From a virus (lineage: Duplodnaviria > Caudoviricetes): a DNA stretch of 55,534 bases. Location of the stretch: the IMG/VR virus record IMGVR_UViG_3300014613_000031, positions 1-55,534 of that record. One strand, given 5' to 3'. Position 1 is the stretch's first letter; the number at the start of each line of letters is the position of its first letter. The notes beneath the pieces were generated by a model. The model was not told the DNA's origin, did not search any database, and saw nothing but the letters and a program-made list of their open reading frames with translations. Shown in pieces: positions 27,845 through 36,934 of the stretch. The translations under genes and the position numbers were made by a program.

Positions 27845-27858
27845 TCCCCCTCCTCAGT

Positions 27859-28065
27859 TCAGGGCAATTCTGTTATACGCAAGGCCCAGAAACCATCTTT
27901 TCTCTCGATCCATTCCCCGACATTAATTGATTTACCGTCGTCTGTCTCGACTTCTACAAATCTTCCTGCATAGGAACCTGGTGGACCATCGAATATAATA
28001 TTTATTGGTTGCCCCATAATTCCTATTTTTGTGCTACTTTTAGGCATTGGCATAGCTACTTCCAC
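27859..28065 (-). CDS. hypothetical protein
   Basis: FDGPP...RFVEVE..G.S..GEW motif. Confidence 0.5.
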   Translation of the reverse strand: MEVAMPMPKSSTKIGIMGQPINIIFDGPPGSYAGRFVEVETDDGKSINVGEWIERKDGFWALRITELP

Positions 28066-29633
28066 TTATCCCCATACTGGAGCTTCTTGAGGAACCTGTA
28101 AATTTTGAACTTGTGAGCAATGCACAGTAGGGGCGTCTTGACCAGATCCATCATCCAGCAGATCATATACTGTCCAAACCTCCTTGACCTAAATACCGCC
28201 TTCCAATACAGGCCCTGGAATGGCTTCAAACACCACATCCTCTCAAAGAAAGGATTGACCTTAAAATGCAAGTTCCAACGATCAAGCAGCCCCCACAGAT
28301 CACAGTCATGGATCGCCATGTGGAATCGCCTGTCTGATGGATTCAACCGATTATTTATCAGGAGGGAGTAGTCTTCGGGGCGGAGTCTTGGGTGGCAGAA
28401 CTCGTCGTAAATTTTGGTGCCAGGGTAAGGGGTGGTAACCCCGAAGATTACCCCGGCCGAAGGCTTCAGCTCCTCCAGCAACTTGTAGGTTGCTTTCAAG
28501 TCCTCTTCGGTCTCGGTAGGCAGGTTGAGGAGCATAGTAAAAAACGACCGGAGCCCATACTTCCGGCACCACTCGGTCACCTGTCTCACCTGTTGTAGCG
28601 TAATGCCTTTGTTCATCCGGTCCAGAAGTCGCTGTGCCCCGGTCTCCACTCCTATATCCAATTGCACACAGCCCGTCTCCTTTAATCCCCTGACCATCTC
28701 TTCAGTGGCCACGTCGGCCCTGGTTTGGCAAGCATATGGGATCACCCCCCTGCTATGGGTGGCGATCTCAATTCTCGACTTCTTTTCAAACCACTCCACC
28801 ATCCACTTCTTACTCATACCAAACATATCATCAAAGAGGTAGAAAAAATCTATGTTGTAGTTGTACCTCAGGTGGGCTATCTCAGCTATGACACTCGTAA
28901 CGGGCCTCAGTCTTGCTGCCTTGCCCTTATTGGCTTTCCACACTACATTCGCGGCACAGAACGAGCAGTCGAACGGACAACCACGACCTGCGAACACGCA
29001 CATCATACTCGTGTAAATTCGTCTTATTATTAGCTTCTGAGGCTTCAAATAAAAATTAAGATCCACCAAGTCATAAGCAGGCATAGGCAAGTTATCCAAA
29101 TCCATAAACGGTCTTGGTTCTGTTCTGACATACTCCCCTCCCTTGATAGCGTAGGACATGTAGGCAATGCCCCTAACTTTTCCAAGGGGCCAATCATAAT
29201 CGTCAAGGACAGCCACCCTCTGATTCCATAACTCCCAACATGTCTCCTCTCCCTCCCCTAATATGGCCACGCCAAAGGGGCTTTCCGCATAGATGAAATC
29301 TTTCGGGTCAATCGTCGCGTGAGCGTTGCCAACCAACAATGTGGTGCCCGGTTGTATGCTTTTAATGAGCCCTCCAAGACGAATAATGGCAGCATAATCA
29401 CTATGAAAAGCAGCCACCCCGATAAACACCGACCGATTTTCGTCCTGCCGGAGAGCCACCCCAATCTCCCTATAATGCCCTTCGATGTCATGTGGTCTGT
29501 CACCTCCCTTCGGATCTATAATCTTGACTCTGAGCCCCTTATTGCGCAGATACGCAGCCAGGTACATGAAGTAGTAAGGTGGGTGTGGATTGCGAGCGTT
29601 GGTAGGTGTAGTTATGAATAGAAAGTCAAGCAT
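28056..29633 (-). CDS. cobalamin-dependent radical SAM enzyme (class B methyltransferase-like)
   Basis: N-terminal B12-binding domain (GNAHAT, GEGEET); RGCPFDCSFC; GVETG; TPYPGT. Confidence 0.9.
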   Translation of the reverse strand: MLDFLFITTPTNARNPHPPYYFMYLAAYLRNKGLRVKIIDPKGGDRPHDIEGHYREIGVALRQDENRSVFIGVAAFHSDYAAIIRLGGLIKSIQPGTTLLVGNAHATIDPKDFIYAESPFGVAILGEGEETCWELWNQRVAVLDDYDWPLGKVRGIAYMSYAIKGGEYVRTEPRPFMDLDNLPMPAYDLVDLNFYLKPQKLIIRRIYTSMMCVFAGRGCPFDCSFCAANVVWKANKGKAARLRPVTSVIAEIAHLRYNYNIDFFYLFDDMFGMSKKWMVEWFEKKSRIEIATHSRGVIPYACQTRADVATEEMVRGLKETGCVQLDIGVETGAQRLLDRMNKGITLQQVRQVTEWCRKYGLRSFFTMLLNLPTETEEDLKATYKLLEELKPSAGVIFGVTTPYPGTKIYDEFCHPRLRPEDYSLLINNRLNPSDRRFHMAIHDCDLWGLLDRWNLHFKVNPFFERMWCLKPFQGLYWKAVFRSRRFGQYMICWMMDLVKTPLLCIAHKFKIYRFLKKLQYGDKWK

Positions 29634-29635
29634 GA

Positions 29636-29908
29636 TTACACCACCAAACCTTGCCCTACCAACTCCCTGGATATTTCACTATAAACTGTCCCTGTGAACA
29701 TCATAGCGATCTCACCGGAGAACCTCTTAAAACTATACCTGAGTTCTGTATTCGGCCCACCCGATTGTCGCAATACCTCCAACAGATCCAACCGATTGAA
29801 ACAGTGGAACAATAGTCGTGCTTCCCCCACACTTTCCACCGTCAACTCAAGTACGAAGGGTTTGAACGTCTTTAGATCCACTTCCACAGGTTTGATTTTT
29901 CCTTTCAT
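29636..29908 (-). CDS. hypothetical protein
   Basis: AAGGAG RBS; tiles the operon. Confidence 0.5.
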   Translation of the reverse strand: MKGKIKPVEVDLKTFKPFVLELTVESVGEARLLFHCFNRLDLLEVLRQSGGPNTELRYSFKRFSGEIAMMFTGTVYSEISRELVGQGLVV

Positions 29909-30195
29909 GACTCACTCTCCTTAACTTTGACTTTCCAAGTAAAACTCATAACCCAGCTCAATACAGGATTGCAGACACTCCAGTAAGCTCGGATGGTGGC
30001 CTGTAGCCCCACACCAAAGACCTGATTTGACGATGAATCCTTGATCTTCTTTCACAACCATCCCTATTATTTTATTATCCTTCTTGGCAATGATTACTTA
30101 GAACCTTCCGTGTCTAACACATCATGGATACTGACCTCATTAATGGCATTGAACTTATCTATACCTACTATTTTTTTCATCCTTCCATCCCTCCT

Positions 30196-30414
30196 TTAAA
30201 AAACCTTCTTGCTGAGTTCAAGGGCCTGCCCATCCGTGAAGCCCTGTTCCTTCAGAGCCATGAACTTGGCCCTCTGAAGCTCAGCAGTTAACTTTACATA
30301 AGCTATCAAAACTGGAAGATCCACCTCCATCTTTCGGAGGGCCTCCTTTATCGCATCAGGCATCCCCCCACCCTGCATCATCACTATTTTACCCTTATCA
30401 TCTCCGTCTGACAT
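30196..30414 (-). CDS. hypothetical protein
   Basis: AKFMALKEQGFTDGQALEL motif. Confidence 0.55.
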   Translation of the reverse strand: MSDGDDKGKIVMMQGGGMPDAIKEALRKMEVDLPVLIAYVKLTAELQRAKFMALKEQGFTDGQALELSKKVF

Positions 30415-30592
30415 ATTCTTCCCTCATCTTCTGCAGTCCACATTGCTTAAGACAGGTTGGGCATACCACACCCCACCTATCTACCCTATGTCCGAACCTT
30501 GCATCACACCGACCGCATCGTACTATCAACATATTCACCTTGGGTGTCCACCACGCCCCCACTATCCTATGGATAATCACAGGAAGTCCCAA
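30398..30592 (-). CDS. small Zn-ribbon protein
   Basis: CGRC...CPTC. Confidence 0.45.
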   Translation of the reverse strand: MGLPVIIHRIVGAWWTPKVNMLIVRCGRCDARFGHRVDRWGVVCPTCLKQCGLQKMREEYVRRR

Positions 30593-31893
30593 GCCTTCTT
30601 GTGTTCCCTCGTAGGGCCTGACGATACTATACCAACATTGTAACCCAGATCATTCTGCAGTTCCCGCAAGTAATCCTCTGTGCGGTCAGGGAACCTCTTA
30701 TATGAAGGGACCACTTCCCCCAATATATTGGTCAAGTCCACCTGATAGCTGAGGTCTCCTTTGATGGGGTTCTTGCGTAGTTCATAGATGGGTTGTCCCC
30801 CGTCTCTCTTGTAGCTATTACATACGAAACGGCTACCAAAGTCAGCCCCGAACCGATCAACATTTGTGATGGCCAGAAAATCCACCCCACCACAGACATC
30901 AAGGGCATACTTGGCCAGCACCTCATCGAACCAACCCACTCGAAACTTCCCCTGCCACTGGTGGTTACTGGAGTTGTGGATTTCGTGAAATCCACTGGGG
31001 TTACTACCTTTCATTCCCTCGTCCTCAGTGGGAAAGGGTCCAAGCCCATGCCTTACTCCGTAAGCTCTCAATGCCCCAATCCTTGTGACAGACCCCTGAT
31101 AACCTATCTCTTTCAGTAGGATGTCAGCATTCTCAAATGTACATGTGCTCCATGTGGTGTGGGGATGAAAACCATACCATTCATCCAGCAGCACTCCCTG
31201 GGCACCCTCAAAGATCAGGTCGCTATCCATAGCGAGGTCCTTGAGGTAACCACCCCCTACCATCGTCCAGTCACGAGCCACTTCATACATCCGTTCGGCC
31301 ACGGCAGTGGGAGTACGGCTGGAACCAAAAGAATTTATACAACCTACAAATTGTGAAACCTTCAGATCCCGTATCTCAGACAACTTATAGCGAAGAGTTG
31401 ATATATTCGCAAGGTCCGCCACTCTCACGGAAATCTCAGGACAATACAGGCTGTCATAGACAGTCTCGCCTATCCCTACACCCACACTGCCATGGCGGCA
31501 CTCACCACGGCATTCCCGTTGAAGTTCCCGCCCCCTATTGGCCATAATATGAAATGGGGTCACTACCAGGGCATCTGAATCCACAGTCAGCCTACTGAAG
31601 GGGACACTGAGCCCCAATTGTTTAAGGTGCTGAGCCTCATTCCATAGGGCCAAGGGATCAACCACCATAAACCTTGATAAGTGGGTGGATGCCCCAACAA
31701 GGGCGCCACTACCAAATTGGGCGAACTCATGGTGTGTCCCTGTTGGGGTCACCACATGGTGTGCTGCCTGAGCTCCCCCGTTGAACCTAACCACCACAGA
31801 CTTTGAAGTCCGTCGCCTATCACATAGGAAGTCCACCAGTGAGCCCTTCCCCGCGTCCCCAAAACCCAAGTCAACTATAATGGTAGCAGACAT
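30577..31893 (-). CDS. divergent adenylosuccinate synthetase (PurA-family) protein
   Basis: DLGFGDAGKG, RFNGGAQAAH, FEGAQGVLLD, RHGLGPFPTE, FRVGWFD. Confidence 0.88.
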   Translation of the reverse strand: MSATIIVDLGFGDAGKGSLVDFLCDRRRTSKSVVVRFNGGAQAAHHVVTPTGTHHEFAQFGSGALVGASTHLSRFMVVDPLALWNEAQHLKQLGLSVPFSRLTVDSDALVVTPFHIMANRGRELQRECRGECRHGSVGVGIGETVYDSLYCPEISVRVADLANISTLRYKLSEIRDLKVSQFVGCINSFGSSRTPTAVAERMYEVARDWTMVGGGYLKDLAMDSDLIFEGAQGVLLDEWYGFHPHTTWSTCTFENADILLKEIGYQGSVTRIGALRAYGVRHGLGPFPTEDEGMKGSNPSGFHEIHNSSNHQWQGKFRVGWFDEVLAKYALDVCGGVDFLAITNVDRFGADFGSRFVCNSYKRDGGQPIYELRKNPIKGDLSYQVDLTNILGEVVPSYKRFPDRTEDYLRELQNDLGYNVGIVSSGPTREHKKAWDFL

Positions 31894-31896
31894 GGC

Positions 31897-32823
31897 CTAA
31901 AACCTCACGAAGCGATCTATGACCGGTTTAATAGCAGCACTCACTGAGTCCCTATTGGGTCCCTTGATGCCCATGTCCTTGAGTACGGCCTCAGCATCCT
32001 TCACAGCTTCCAATCCATAAACTATGCCAGCTATGATTTCACAAACCAGGCCCGAGTCCTGTACCTTGACAAAGCGTTCACCAAGCAGCTTGATCCACCC
32101 CAGCTTGATGTCATCCCGGTCCGGGTAGCCACCATCCATACTGAACAAGTGAAACACCTCCCACTGCTTCAAGACTTCCTTTACTAGGGCAGCCACGGGT
32201 TTGTCACTGTCCACCTCTGTCCCGAAGACCCCCTTCAGCTCACTCCTCTTCAGCACAGGCCAAAATGCTTCATCACCCATAGTAAACAGATAACCCTTCT
32301 GTCTCCGCTTCTCCCAGCAGTCAGTAGTAGTATGGTTGGCCGCAAACCAATAGGCCAGCCCATAGGACTCCATCATCTGCCCTCCGCCACCACCCTCAAG
32401 GATGATGTTTCGGAGCTGCTCATCGAACCTGTTGTCCGACTCAAACTGCCCCACCTGGAATGGGAACTGATCTGCATAACTGTCCCCGACAGCTCCCACC
32501 AACACCTGGGGGTCTTTCATCTTGGCCTTATCTACAATGATGTCCATAAGTTTGGTAAGTTTACCCTGCAGCTTCTCAGGTACCGTCCCCATCGATCCGG
32601 TGACATCAAATATAATGGCCACCGGCCTGGAACTGGGGTGCTCTGAACTATCCCTGCTCTCCCTGATCCCACCCTTCATCAGTTTAGGATCGAGGTCAGG
32701 GTGAATCACTTTCACCTTACCTTCCCTGTAACTCTTGGTGTAGGCAAAGTCGTCCATCCCTGTTGCCCGCCGCACACTCGTACTTGACAAGTAACTCACA
32801 TTACTCCAACTTCCACCGCCCAT
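31897..32823 (-). CDS. von Willebrand factor A (VWA) domain protein
   Basis: MGGGSWS N-terminus, MIDAS DVTGSMG, EGGGGG..ESY, GDE. Confidence 0.85.
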   Translation of the reverse strand: MGGGSWSNVSYLSSTSVRRATGMDDFAYTKSYREGKVKVIHPDLDPKLMKGGIRESRDSSEHPSSRPVAIIFDVTGSMGTVPEKLQGKLTKLMDIIVDKAKMKDPQVLVGAVGDSYADQFPFQVGQFESDNRFDEQLRNIILEGGGGGQMMESYGLAYWFAANHTTTDCWEKRRQKGYLFTMGDEAFWPVLKRSELKGVFGTEVDSDKPVAALVKEVLKQWEVFHLFSMDGGYPDRDDIKLGWIKLLGERFVKVQDSGLVCEIIAGIVYGLEAVKDAEAVLKDMGIKGPNRDSVSAAIKPVIDRFVRF

Positions 32824-32837
32824 AATCTACCCTCCTT

Positions 32838-32944
32838 TCTTGTTTTCCTATCTTGTGTTAAAATTAATAAAAGCCTTACCTAACCAAACCCTACCTCACC
32901 GTACCGTACCAGATAAATCTTGTTTTCCTATCTTGTGTTAAAAT
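32838..32944. repeat. 27-bp direct repeat flanking a CCNNA pentamer array
   Basis: tcttgttttcctatcttgtgttaaaat at 32838-32864 and 32918-32944; 8 x CCNNA at 32874-32913. Confidence 0.85.
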
Positions 32945-32946
32945 GT

Positions 32947-33195
32947 TTACTCAACGTCGATGCCCTTGATCTCCCTGAACGGTAGGAAGGTCTCCCGGTC
33001 GCCCTGCTTCACCAGCATCCACTGCAAGATGGGATCAACTTCCTTGACTATGTATCCAGACTCCCGCCCCCAAGCCAACCTGATGGCCACCTTCTTCCCG
33101 ACCACCCTATCAAATATTGAACCCTGCATCACTTCCACTCCATCACTTGCTTTTGCCATAGTTCCTGTTCCTCCTTCTAAGTTAATTTTATCCAT
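32947..33195 (-). CDS. small beta-barrel (Sm/Hfq-like?) protein
   Basis: GKKVAIRL...G.VKEVD...LV...FLPFREIKGI. Confidence 0.4.
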   Translation of the reverse strand: MDKINLEGGTGTMAKASDGVEVMQGSIFDRVVGKKVAIRLAWGRESGYIVKEVDPILQWMLVKQGDRETFLPFREIKGIDVE

Positions 33196-34026
33196 TCATC
33201 TCATCAGTTTAAAAAAATCATCCCTGAACTCACACAGGGCCTTCAACTCCTCCCTATCCATAGAACAGCAGTGGTCAGGGCCGACCGCGCCCTTATCATA
33301 GGTGAAGTGCTTCTCGATGGCCCTGGCCCCGAGCACTATTGCCGCACAGGCTGCCGTGATACCCACTGTGTGATCTGAGAATCCATACCAACCCTTGTCA
33401 AAAGAATTCCTGTGCAAGTCCAACCTCTCAATGGGTGTTGGATACTCCGACACACAGTACATGGGGTAGAACCCACCAGGACCCACCCCCTCATTTAGTC
33501 GCCTCATGGTCGCTTCCAGCCTCTCCACCTCCTCATCCACCATACCGAACGACACAAAGAAGGGCTTCCCAGTAGCCTTCACTGCCTCCACATAACTGTA
33601 ATCATACAGGGAACGGCTTGCCACCTTATGTCTCCTCACCAGCTGTTCTTCCAACCACCCAAGTCGTTCCTCATCAAAGGCACTGGCCATAAACTCTATA
33701 CCCATATGGTTGCAGGTGACTCTCAAGAGTCTTGTGTCATAGTAATCAAGCTCCGACTCCAATATGACCGACCAATCCTCCGGGGAGAAGTCAGAAGGGT
33801 GGAGGCGCTTCTTGGGATCATACAACTGAAACTTTGCTACATCAGCGCCACAGCCCTTGGCAGCCTCTATGAGGGACTTGGCTATATTCATATCACCCTG
33901 GTGATTTATCCCTATCTCCGCTATAATTTCACACCTTGTCACTTTGTAGCCCTCCCTCCTTATTTTTTTTGGTTCACTTTTTCTGCTTGGTTTTCTTTTA
34001 TATTTTGGTTCACTCAATTCCTCCAC
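33196..34026 (-). CDS. neuB: nonulosonic acid synthase (NeuB/PseI family) lacking the C-terminal AFP/SAF domain
   Basis: IIAEIGINHQG, AKFQLY, CVSEYPT, GFSDHT, IEKHFT, GPDH. Confidence 0.92.
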   Translation of the reverse strand: MEELSEPKYKRKPSRKSEPKKIRREGYKVTRCEIIAEIGINHQGDMNIAKSLIEAAKGCGADVAKFQLYDPKKRLHPSDFSPEDWSVILESELDYYDTRLLRVTCNHMGIEFMASAFDEERLGWLEEQLVRRHKVASRSLYDYSYVEAVKATGKPFFVSFGMVDEEVERLEATMRRLNEGVGPGGFYPMYCVSEYPTPIERLDLHRNSFDKGWYGFSDHTVGITAACAAIVLGARAIEKHFTYDKGAVGPDHCCSMDREELKALCEFRDDFFKLMR

Positions 34027-34034
34027 TCCTTTAC

Positions 34035-34064
34035 CCCTATTATATATTATTTTTCCGATTTTTT
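34035..34064 (-). promoter_or_regulatory. conserved phage promoter copy
   Basis: AAAAAATC-N10-TATATAATAGGG, same spacing as 23739. Confidence 0.7.
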
Positions 34065-35268
34065 ATTCAGAAAAAGAGTTCCATAGACTAATCCACTTGT
34101 TCAGTATAACTGAAGGCCGATAAAACTCAGCAAAATCCTCTCTACAATTACCACCCATCCGGCCTATCGCCCTTCTATTCATACCCTCAAAAACAGGGAT
34201 GAACTTTTCACCAGCCTCGGTGTCCACATGGTAGCCGTTGTATCCGTCCACAATAATTTCCTTCAATCCTCCGACAGAAGGATTGACTACAACTGGCCTA
34301 CCATACATCAGGGCTATCAGGATAACATTGGGAAAGTCCTCATCCCTTATGCTCGGAACCACCAACACATCACAGGCGTTAATTATTGAATAGTCATGGA
34401 AGGCAAGGTCTTCCTTTATGTTTGGATTGGTATCATAGGCTTTTGCCCACAACCGTTCCTTATAATGGGAATCACCCCCACTACCCACAATAGTAAATTT
34501 CCACCCATTTTTATCCCACCTGCTGGGGTATTCCAACAGTTGATTCAACAATACATGAAATCCCTTCCTCTCTTCCCACACCCCAAGCGACAGGAACAGG
34601 GTGTCAGCCCTATCAGCACCAAGTGCCGCCCGGACGGTATCCCTATCCTCTGGCTCCCTCCACATCACGGTGTTTGGAATTATGGCCCAATTCTCTAAGG
34701 GATCACGCCAGTCCCCATTCCACAGGAATTCGCTGGCATACATGAGAGTTTCCGAAGCGGTGACGAACCTTGTAACTGACTTCTTCACCCATCCAGTGAT
34801 TGGGCGCTCCCACCACAAGTCCCTCGTGGTAGAGTTGATCATGTAGATAACGGGTACATTAAACAACCCCGCTGCTATCGCTGCTGAGTTGCAACTGGTG
34901 GCCCCTGGGTATCCACCATTGTTGATGTGTACAACGTCAGGCTTTACTACAGAAAACAAATCCTTAAACTTCCTTACTTCCCCCTCCATGCAGGGATACC
35001 TCAGGGCCATGGCTGGGCGGAAGGTCCTGGCCCACTCATACACCCTCGTCACAGGGAGGTGGAGAGGGTAGAAGTTGGCCCCCATCCTACCAACCCACTT
35101 GAACATACCCTTGGTGTACTCAGGGGTGCTGCGGTAACTGAAGGTCACATCAAATTGCTCTGCTACCAAGGGACTGTTCAAAAACACCCCTACCATATTC
35201 TCACTTCCAGCCCACTCTGCGTTATCACTATGTATATGTAATCTCTTCTTCATTAGTTTCTTCTTCAT
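34063..35268 (-). CDS. GT-B family 4 glycosyltransferase
   Basis: PDVVHIN, ERKG, DVLVVPS..EDFPNVILIA, EIIVDGYNG. Confidence 0.85.
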   Translation of the reverse strand: MKKKLMKKRLHIHSDNAEWAGSENMVGVFLNSPLVAEQFDVTFSYRSTPEYTKGMFKWVGRMGANFYPLHLPVTRVYEWARTFRPAMALRYPCMEGEVRKFKDLFSVVKPDVVHINNGGYPGATSCNSAAIAAGLFNVPVIYMINSTTRDLWWERPITGWVKKSVTRFVTASETLMYASEFLWNGDWRDPLENWAIIPNTVMWREPEDRDTVRAALGADRADTLFLSLGVWEERKGFHVLLNQLLEYPSRWDKNGWKFTIVGSGGDSHYKERLWAKAYDTNPNIKEDLAFHDYSIINACDVLVVPSIRDEDFPNVILIALMYGRPVVVNPSVGGLKEIIVDGYNGYHVDTEAGEKFIPVFEGMNRRAIGRMGGNCREDFAEFYRPSVILNKWISLWNSFSE

Positions 35269-35280
35269 TTATACCCCCAT

Positions 35281-35733
35281 TCAGAAATCAAAAAATCTCT
35301 CACTATGCTCTTGCTCAACAGGAGGCACCTTATTATTATCCTCCTGTACAGGAAAACAACTATACACTGTTGGTCCAATCGGAATGATGCTATCCCCAAA
35401 AGTGGAACCTTCATAAAATGTGTACAACACAACTGGCTTCTGTGTTGAAGCAACCACCTCCATCACCCTTACCACGTCCGTTGGGTCCCCGACACTAATG
35501 ATGCTATCCATCCGCAGCCTACCACCAATAATAAAAGCCAACTCATAATCACCATAAGTTATGAATGGTCCCCTGACTATTGATAGCTGGATACCAGATA
35601 TAAACTCCACCATGAGATCCAAGTGTCCAAAAACTTTCTCCCTATGCACAACATTTACAATATTTGCTATTACTGATTTTGGCAATTCCACACCAAGGAT
35701 GTAACTCAGCTCCCCAAATGACATAGTACGCAT
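35281..35733 (-). CDS. hypothetical protein
   Basis: GGAGG RBS; LSIVRG...YELA. Confidence 0.5.
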   Translation of the reverse strand: MRTMSFGELSYILGVELPKSVIANIVNVVHREKVFGHLDLMVEFISGIQLSIVRGPFITYGDYELAFIIGGRLRMDSIISVGDPTDVVRVMEVVASTQKPVVLYTFYEGSTFGDSIIPIGPTVYSCFPVQEDNNKVPPVEQEHSERFFDF

Positions 35734-35803
35734 TATGAAACCTCCCTAAAACACCCTGTCTGACGAGCAAAACATGGGGTAGGCTCAATGATCTCCCCAA
35801 ACC

Positions 35804-36934
35804 TTACCTCATATACCCATTACCCTCTCGATACAGGTTAGCGTCAAGATTCACATTGCTCCAAAACCACTCATTTTCCCTGTACCACTGGATGGTCTTC
35901 TGTATTCCAAAATCAAACCCCTCCCCTTCGAAATACTTCCCCTCCATACCCATCACCCCTTGTACCAATTTGGTGCTGTCGATAGCATACCGGCTGTCGT
36001 TGCCTGGCCTGTTGGGAACTTGATCTACCCACTCTTCAAAAAGTAAATCCTCTTCATCATGAGCGATACAATACCCTCTCGGAAACAATGTAAACAGCAA
36101 AATATCTTGCACCACTCTCTTATTATTTAGTCTAAATCCACTACCAAGATTGTACACTTCCCCAACTATCCCACTGTTCATCACCTCATATAAAGCACTG
36201 ACGCAGTCCTCCACATAGAGCCATTCCCGAACTTCTTTCCCCTCTCCATGCATCAACACCTTCTTGCCCTGAAGCAGCCTTGTGATAGCCATGGGCACAA
36301 GCTTCTCAGGGTACTGATTGGAGCCGTAGTTGTTGCATGGCCTTATAATGATAACTGGAAACCCATAAGTCTTGTAGTAGGAGAGGAGGAGCAGGTCAGC
36401 ACAGGCCTTACTCGCCGAGTATGGTGAGGTGGGGTTGAGTGCCCACGTCTCAGATGCTTCATCGTACACCTCCCAACAATTCACAAGTGTCTGTACTGAG
36501 ATAGGGCCATACACCTCATCTGTGCTGATGTGAATGAACTTCCTCACCCCGAACTCTTTGCTCAGACGGACCAGGTTGAACAACCCCATCACATCAGTCT
36601 GGAGGAACGCCTCAGGCTCCCGTATGGATCTGTCCACATGGGTCTCGGCAGCAAAGTTCACCACCACATCCACTGGAGAGTGCCCATCAAAAACCCAATC
36701 CATAAGATTATCACCTATGTCAACACGGAAGAAAGACAGGCGTGAACTTTCCCAAGAAGAGGCATAGCGAGTAGAAACAGGAAATAAAAAACCAGATGGC
36801 AAATTCCTCACGTTCCCTGCATAGGTGAGCTTATCAACGACCACTATCCGATCATCAGGACATTCAGCCATCAACTTCTTAACAAAATGGGAACCCATGA
36901 ACCCCGCTCCCCCTGTGACCATGATTGTTCTCAT
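35804..36934 (-). CDS. rmlB: dTDP-glucose 4,6-dehydratase
   Basis: GGAGFMG, DKLTYAG, AAETHVDRSI, STDEVYG, YSASK, NNYG..QYPEK. Confidence 0.92.
   Translation of the reverse strand: MRTIMVTGGAGFMGSHFVKKLMAECPDDRIVVVDKLTYAGNVRNLPSGFLFPVSTRYASSWESSRLSFFRVDIGDNLMDWVFDGHSPVDVVVNFAAETHVDRSIREPEAFLQTDVMGLFNLVRLSKEFGVRKFIHISTDEVYGPISVQTLVNCWEVYDEASETWALNPTSPYSASKACADLLLLSYYKTYGFPVIIIRPCNNYGSNQYPEKLVPMAITRLLQGKKVLMHGEGKEVREWLYVEDCVSALYEVMNSGIVGEVYNLGSGFRLNNKRVVQDILLFTLFPRGYCIAHDEEDLLFEEWVDQVPNRPGNDSRYAIDSTKLVQGVMGMEGKYFEGEGFDFGIQKTIQWYRENEWFWSNVNLDANLYREGNGYMR

Noticed and set aside
25852-27857. Classical integron attC cassette array
   Set aside because: The junction motif lacks the RYYYAAC...GTTRRRY palindromic structure and no integron integrase is present.
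30577-31893. PurZ / Z-genome (2-aminoadenine) system
   Set aside because: The P-loop is GDAGKG with the PurA catalytic Asp, not the Ser of PurZ/PurZ0, and no DatZ/MazZ partner is adjacent.
32838-32944. Mini-CRISPR array
   Set aside because: Only two repeats, a 53-bp low-complexity spacer, a non-palindromic repeat and no cas genes in the window.
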